A DNA stretch of 21,155 bases, the filler included, from Protoeuglena noctilucae (lineage: Eukaryota), in the NCBI GenBank assembly GCA_958009085.1. It is 2 parts of 2 records of this genome, joined end to end, with 100 filler letters (N's around TTAATTAATTAA, not from the genome) between each part and the next. Parts side by side here need not be neighbours in the genome. Positions count along the whole stretch, not along the records: positions 15,967 to 21,155 come from CATQFP010000002.1; 1 more part is not named here. One strand, written 5' to 3'. Below, piece by piece: positions 17,298 through 21,155 of the stretch. Numbering within the stretch: position 1 is the first letter of the stretch; every line of letters begins with the position of its first letter. The position numbers were made by a program, and so were the translations under genes. Below the pieces are notes generated by a model, which saw only the letters and a program-made list of their open reading frames with translations, ran no database searches and was not told the DNA's origin.

Positions 17298-20200
17298 CTA
17301 GGTTCCCAATTCCAGTTCCACCAGAGGAGCAGTCGTTGGCCAGCAAGCGCGGACCTGACGCGCTGTTCGTCGCCAGATCTCAAGAGTGATGCTGGAGTGC
17401 AGCCTGTGAAAGACAACCTCGGCCGAGGCGACGTTGCGTTTGCGCGCAATGGATTTGCTGAGGGAGCGCAAAACGGCCAACGTGTCGGGGTGAGGTCGCC
17501 CGTAGGCGCTCCAGACAACTGGGCAGTAAGAGATGTTTTGACGAAGGAGAGAGTCGAGGTGGGGCCCATAGTGCTGGAGTTTGGCCTGAACCCTGGACAA
17601 TGTGCAGTCAGCACCAGCCTCGCCAGCGTGCGGGGAGCAGATGGAGACATCCAAGGCAGTGTAGGCGTTGCCCAGGGCCGAGGTGAGGATGTCTGCGGGC
17701 CTCAAGTCCGTGCCAGGGATGAGACCGGGAACCTCCATTTCAGCAGTGTGATCGCACTGCTGCGCTGCTGCATGCAGAAGGGACGAAACGGCATTGTGTC
17801 CCCGTGTGGCCTCTCCAAGGGCGCAGCAGGAGGCATGCGCTGCGCCCGTATCCAAAATGCCCGAGTTACAGGCGGCGCAAGTGACGGGTTCCACAGGGCC
17901 AGCGCAACCCAACCGAAAGCGAACCGAGTCAATGTACTCGTCGGCTTCCAGAGTCAAACCGTGACGAGGGTTGAGCCTCCACAACCAGGTGTGGTCCACA
18001 GAGGAGTCGCCAAGCTCCGCAAGGCGCGTGCGAGCAACCCAAGACCCCTCATTTTCATGCATCTGCAGCAGACCCTCGCGGATCCCGGAGTCAAGGCACG
18101 CCGTGATGACGCCTTGAATCTTGGTCCGCTTCCGCGAGTGCGGGTGCTCCTCGTCACCATCACCGTCATCAGGCGTGATGCCACGAGCATGGCGAGGAGC
18201 CGGGGGAGGCTGATCCTGCATGGCTGGCTCAGAACCCGAGAGCACATTCTGCCATGAAAGATGGCATTCCGCGTAGGCCTCGTCGAGCTTGGCTAGGAGG
18301 TCAAGGGCAGCGGCAGTGGGCAAGGTGGAAGCCAGACGCGACAAGGCTTCGTCTGTGCGAGCGTCATACACAGCCATGATTGTCTGGCGAGAGGCCCCAA
18401 TGGCTGCGCAGAGGTGATCTACCATGGTGGCCACAAGGGGACGAGACAAGATGCGACTCGCAACAAAAGCCGGGAGAGCCACAGTGACAGCGGTACGCAG
18501 TCCCAACCCCCCAACTGCAACACCTGTGGTCGCTTGCCACCAGGAGTGATCCGGGAGATCGCCCGCCAGAGAGGAGGCGACAGAGGCACGAAGCTGCCCA
18601 TCGAACGAGGCGAGGAGATCATGATCCAGAATGTCCCCATTGATGCGCATGTGATACAGAAGCTTGGAAACGTCAGCGCATTGCCGCGTTAGCACAAGTT
18701 CTGTGGGTGCGTGGTCCACTCCATTGATAGCGGAGCGCAATTCGTCACAGGCTCGCACTGACTCCCAAGCACGGGCATTGATTTGCTCGCGAGTACCAAA
18801 GGCCGAACCTAGGGCGGTGGCGCCAGCGTCGGGGCTAAGGACAACTACTGTGTCACGAACGTAAGCAGTGTCCCAGCCACTGAACTCATGGAAGCGCTCA
18901 GGTGGGCAAAGGAGCCGAGCAGAGCTCTTGGCGTTGCCCAGAGCAATGCGACCCCGGGTGGCGCCAAAGGATGCCAGAGCGGAGTCCAGCGCACGCAGCC
19001 AGCGATCAAAGAGCATGGGCCGAACGAAGCATTGCCCATCATCAACGAACCACTCATCACAGACGCCCTTTTGCTCAAAGGGAGAAGAGAGGAAATCCTG
19101 CAAGTGTGACGCGCGCGCGTCTCCCAAGACGAGAGCACTCTGGATGGTGCCAAGGACGTCACCCTGCTCGGCACCACGATCAGTGGAGAACTCACAGCCG
19201 GAGGGCAGAGTGGTAACAGAGTCGGACTGATGCTGCCACTCAGTCCAGGACGACGCCTCAGGGAAATGAGTGCGCAGAGCGGCGCGAATGTGAGGCCACT
19301 CAGCATTGCCAAACATGTTGACAAGGTCCAGGTCAGCCGCCACCAGCGGCTCAATTGTGCCATTGAGCACGAGAGGTTCGATCGTGCCGCGCCAGTGACA
19401 CAAGGCTTCGCACGCCCCTGGCAAGTTGACACCCCACTGATGCATGTGCAAGGTCTTGGTGCGAAGGTGCACCTGAGACAGATTCACCAGACGCTTAGCG
19501 TAGGCAGAGCGAAGGAACTCACCCATCTTGATGGGACGCGGCTTGCCGTTCTTCTTGCGTTGCCAGCAGAGCCGTGTCCGAGTGAGCCATCTAGCAGCAG
19601 GAGGCAAGGAGCCTGCGGAAATCCTGCGGAACAGCTCAGAAAGCGCAGCATGGATCTTGTTAGCATGAATCCTACGCGGGACATTGAGCAGATCAGTGAT
19701 GTGCTCTGGGCGTGTTCCAGTCGGGCCAGGAGCAGTGAGGGCGGCATAATGCAAGCCAGAGAAAGGTCTGTCCCAGGTGGACTCCGGCAAAGCAGGAGGA
19801 GGAGCCAAGAGAGGGTCACTGTGAGCGGCCGAGCCGAGCTCGGAGATAGGAAGGAGCTCCTGAGCCCAGCGCTTGTCCTCCTCTTCAGGAAAGGAAAGCA
19901 TGGAGGAGACAAGCCCCGTAGTTGCTTTTCTGTAGGCGCCAACAGCTGCAGTACGTCTGGCACGGTCGCCCCGCTCTGAGGGGTCAGACGGACCACTGGT
20001 TTTCCGCCGCTTGCCTGCCTTGCGCTTAAGCAAGAACTGCTCCTCGGCCCGCTGCAAGAGCACCTCAAAGCTGCGCTCCTCCCACAAGGTGAGCCTTTTC
20101 TGAACCTCAGAGGCCACGCTCAAGCCCTGGGGCACTGTGGACAGTAAAAGCTTGGAGCGGCCCTCCTCCAGCTGAGCGTAGTCATCTCGCCCCTGAGCCA

Positions 20201-21149
20201 TGCCATGCCAGCATTGTGCCACCACGCTGATCATGCGCAAGCGGCAGCTGGCAGGGACGTGTAGAATGGTGCTTGAGGGAAGCGCACGAATGCGCTGCGT
20301 GAAGCCAGCCGGGAGATCGATAGGGGGGAAATCGACAGTGAGGCTGGGCGTGGCGGGGGCTTCAACGTCGGCCATGACCACGTCCTCACGACTGGCGGGA
20401 GCACCAAGAGGGCCCATGATGACGTCACCCACTTTTGGGGGCCTGGCCTGACTGGCCTGCCCGCACCGATTGCAGATCCGGGCGCCCATTCTTCTGAGGC
20501 CACCGCAACCGGGAGCCGTGCAAGTGACTCGTTCGATCGCCGCGAACAAGGAGCAAGTGGCCTCATCCACAGAGGAGCCCGCGTGCTGGTGCGTGACGTG
20601 ACGCATGAGACCAGGGATGGTGGTGAAGCCTCTGCGAGGGCACTTGCTGCACCAGTAGTGGCCATCACGGAAAGGAGAAAACACGGGCGCAGAGGGTGGC
20701 GGTCTTGGGTCGGACAGAACAGGAGCAGCCACGCGTGATTGAGCAGCGGCAATGCGTGCACGCGCAAAGGGGTCGATATGCGCAAAATGGACAGGCGGAG
20801 AAGCCCCTGAAACCGGCGCAGGAGTTGGCTGAGGCGGGTCCCCACGATACGTGGGACCAATTGACTGAGCATGTGAAGACGCCTGAAACGGTGTGGTGAT
20901 GTCCTCCAGGGCTCCAGGCGACTGTGGTTCAGCAGGAGACCGTGCATCAGGTGGATCCGCGAGTACTGGTGTAGGTGCTCGCAATAGAGACTCAGGCTGT
21001 GAGGATGCCGCAATCGTGCTGGCCTGTGACGTGCGACAAGGGTCCCTGGAGTCAGGCTGTGAGGATGCCGCAATGGTACTGGCCTGTGACATGCGACAGG
21101 GGTCCCTTTGCACCGGACTGCGAGACTTGCTGTGGTTCCTTTTGGACAT
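17298..21149 (-). CDS. Non-LTR retrotransposon protein, 1283 aa: zinc fingers + reverse transcriptase + CCHC + restriction-like endonuclease (CRE/SLACS-like)
   Basis: C2H2 CSKC-x13-HVTHQH (20583-20651) and C4 CTAPGC-x10-CNRC (20463-20522). RT motifs APGPTG, KKNGKPRPI, QWGV, DLVNMFG, GAEQGDVLG, FVDD (19038-19049), LG. CCHC CAAC-x10-HASCC + RGHN (17823-17879). RLE E..RPAD (17691-17702)..LDVS..K. The true start may lie beyond the window. Confidence 0.93.
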   Translation of the reverse strand: MSKRNHSKSRSPVQRDPCRMSQASTIAASSQPDSRDPCRTSQASTIAASSQPESLLRAPTPVLADPPDARSPAEPQSPGALEDITTPFQASSHAQSIGPTYRGDPPQPTPAPVSGASPPVHFAHIDPFARARIAAAQSRVAAPVLSDPRPPPSAPVFSPFRDGHYWCSKCPRRGFTTIPGLMRHVTHQHAGSSVDEATCSLFAAIERVTCTAPGCGGLRRMGARICNRCGQASQARPPKVGDVIMGPLGAPASREDVVMADVEAPATPSLTVDFPPIDLPAGFTQRIRALPSSTILHVPASCRLRMISVVAQCWHGMAQGRDDYAQLEEGRSKLLLSTVPQGLSVASEVQKRLTLWEERSFEVLLQRAEEQFLLKRKAGKRRKTSGPSDPSERGDRARRTAAVGAYRKATTGLVSSMLSFPEEEDKRWAQELLPISELGSAAHSDPLLAPPPALPESTWDRPFSGLHYAALTAPGPTGTRPEHITDLLNVPRRIHANKIHAALSELFRRISAGSLPPAARWLTRTRLCWQRKKNGKPRPIKMGEFLRSAYAKRLVNLSQVHLRTKTLHMHQWGVNLPGACEALCHWRGTIEPLVLNGTIEPLVAADLDLVNMFGNAEWPHIRAALRTHFPEASSWTEWQHQSDSVTTLPSGCEFSTDRGAEQGDVLGTIQSALVLGDARASHLQDFLSSPFEQKGVCDEWFVDDGQCFVRPMLFDRWLRALDSALASFGATRGRIALGNAKSSARLLCPPERFHEFSGWDTAYVRDTVVVLSPDAGATALGSAFGTREQINARAWESVRACDELRSAINGVDHAPTELVLTRQCADVSKLLYHMRINGDILDHDLLASFDGQLRASVASSLAGDLPDHSWWQATTGVAVGGLGLRTAVTVALPAFVASRILSRPLVATMVDHLCAAIGASRQTIMAVYDARTDEALSRLASTLPTAAALDLLAKLDEAYAECHLSWQNVLSGSEPAMQDQPPPAPRHARGITPDDGDGDEEHPHSRKRTKIQGVITACLDSGIREGLLQMHENEGSWVARTRLAELGDSSVDHTWLWRLNPRHGLTLEADEYIDSVRFRLGCAGPVEPVTCAACNSGILDTGAAHASCCALGEATRGHNAVSSLLHAAAQQCDHTAEMEVPGLIPGTDLRPADILTSALGNAYTALDVSICSPHAGEAGADCTLSRVQAKLQHYGPHLDSLLRQNISYCPVVWSAYGRPHPDTLAVLRSLSKSIARKRNVASAEVVFHRLHSSITLEIWRRTARQVRACWPTTAPLVELELGT
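20989..21107 (-). repeat. In-frame 60-bp tandem duplication near the ORF start
   Basis: RDPCRMSQASTIAASSQPDS / RDPCRTSQASTIAASSQPES; DNA copies at 21049-21107 and 20989-21047. Confidence 0.92.
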
Positions 21150-21155
21150 CGCGTT

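Larger units (their letters stand above)
15967..21155 (-). mobile_element. CRE-clade-like (RLE-bearing) non-LTR retrotransposon; neither terminus visible
   Basis: Contains the ZnF-RT-CCHC-RLE ORF. No poly(A) or target-site duplication is seen, so the extent, and whether 15967-17297 belongs to the element, are uncertain. Confidence 0.75.

Noticed and set aside
17232..18257. 341-aa plus-strand ORF and other ORFs overlapping the RT gene (e.g. 19230-19979, 20231-21073)
   Set aside because: Shadow frames of a GC-rich coding region, with no recognisable motifs.
15984..21147. Terminal inverted repeat (GTCCAAAA near both ends of the right segment)
   Set aside because: Only 8 nt match, one copy is inside the ORF start, the right end is just the window edge, and non-LTR elements lack TIRs.

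Overview
The window has two parts joined by an artificial 100-nt spacer (N44-TTAATTAATTAA-N44, 15867-15966), so their adjacency is not shown. Left part (1-15866): a head-to-tail array of 2.3-3.1 kb units, with six gene cassettes. Each cassette holds tRNA-Ser(GCT) (+), a dinoflagellate spliced-leader (SL) RNA gene (+; exact 22-nt DinoSL ACCGTAGCCATTTTGGCTCAAG, GT donor, T5) and a convergent 5S rRNA gene (-). These are followed by a 20-98 nt poly(T) and a 1.3-2.1 kb G/T-rich hierarchical minisatellite bracketed by a degenerate direct repeat. The ORFs in this part are artefacts of the repeats. Right part (15967-21155): a minus-strand, uninterrupted 1283-aa ORF of a CRE-clade-like non-LTR retrotransposon (zinc fingers, RT with FVDD, CCHC, restriction-like endonuclease). 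It is followed by a polypyrimidine/CAG tract, a strong hairpin and a second 236-aa ORF that could be expressed by SL trans-splicing. Best leads: the tRNA-SL-5S cassette with its spacer architecture, and a possibly bicistronic, possibly SL- or repeat-targeting CRE-like element.
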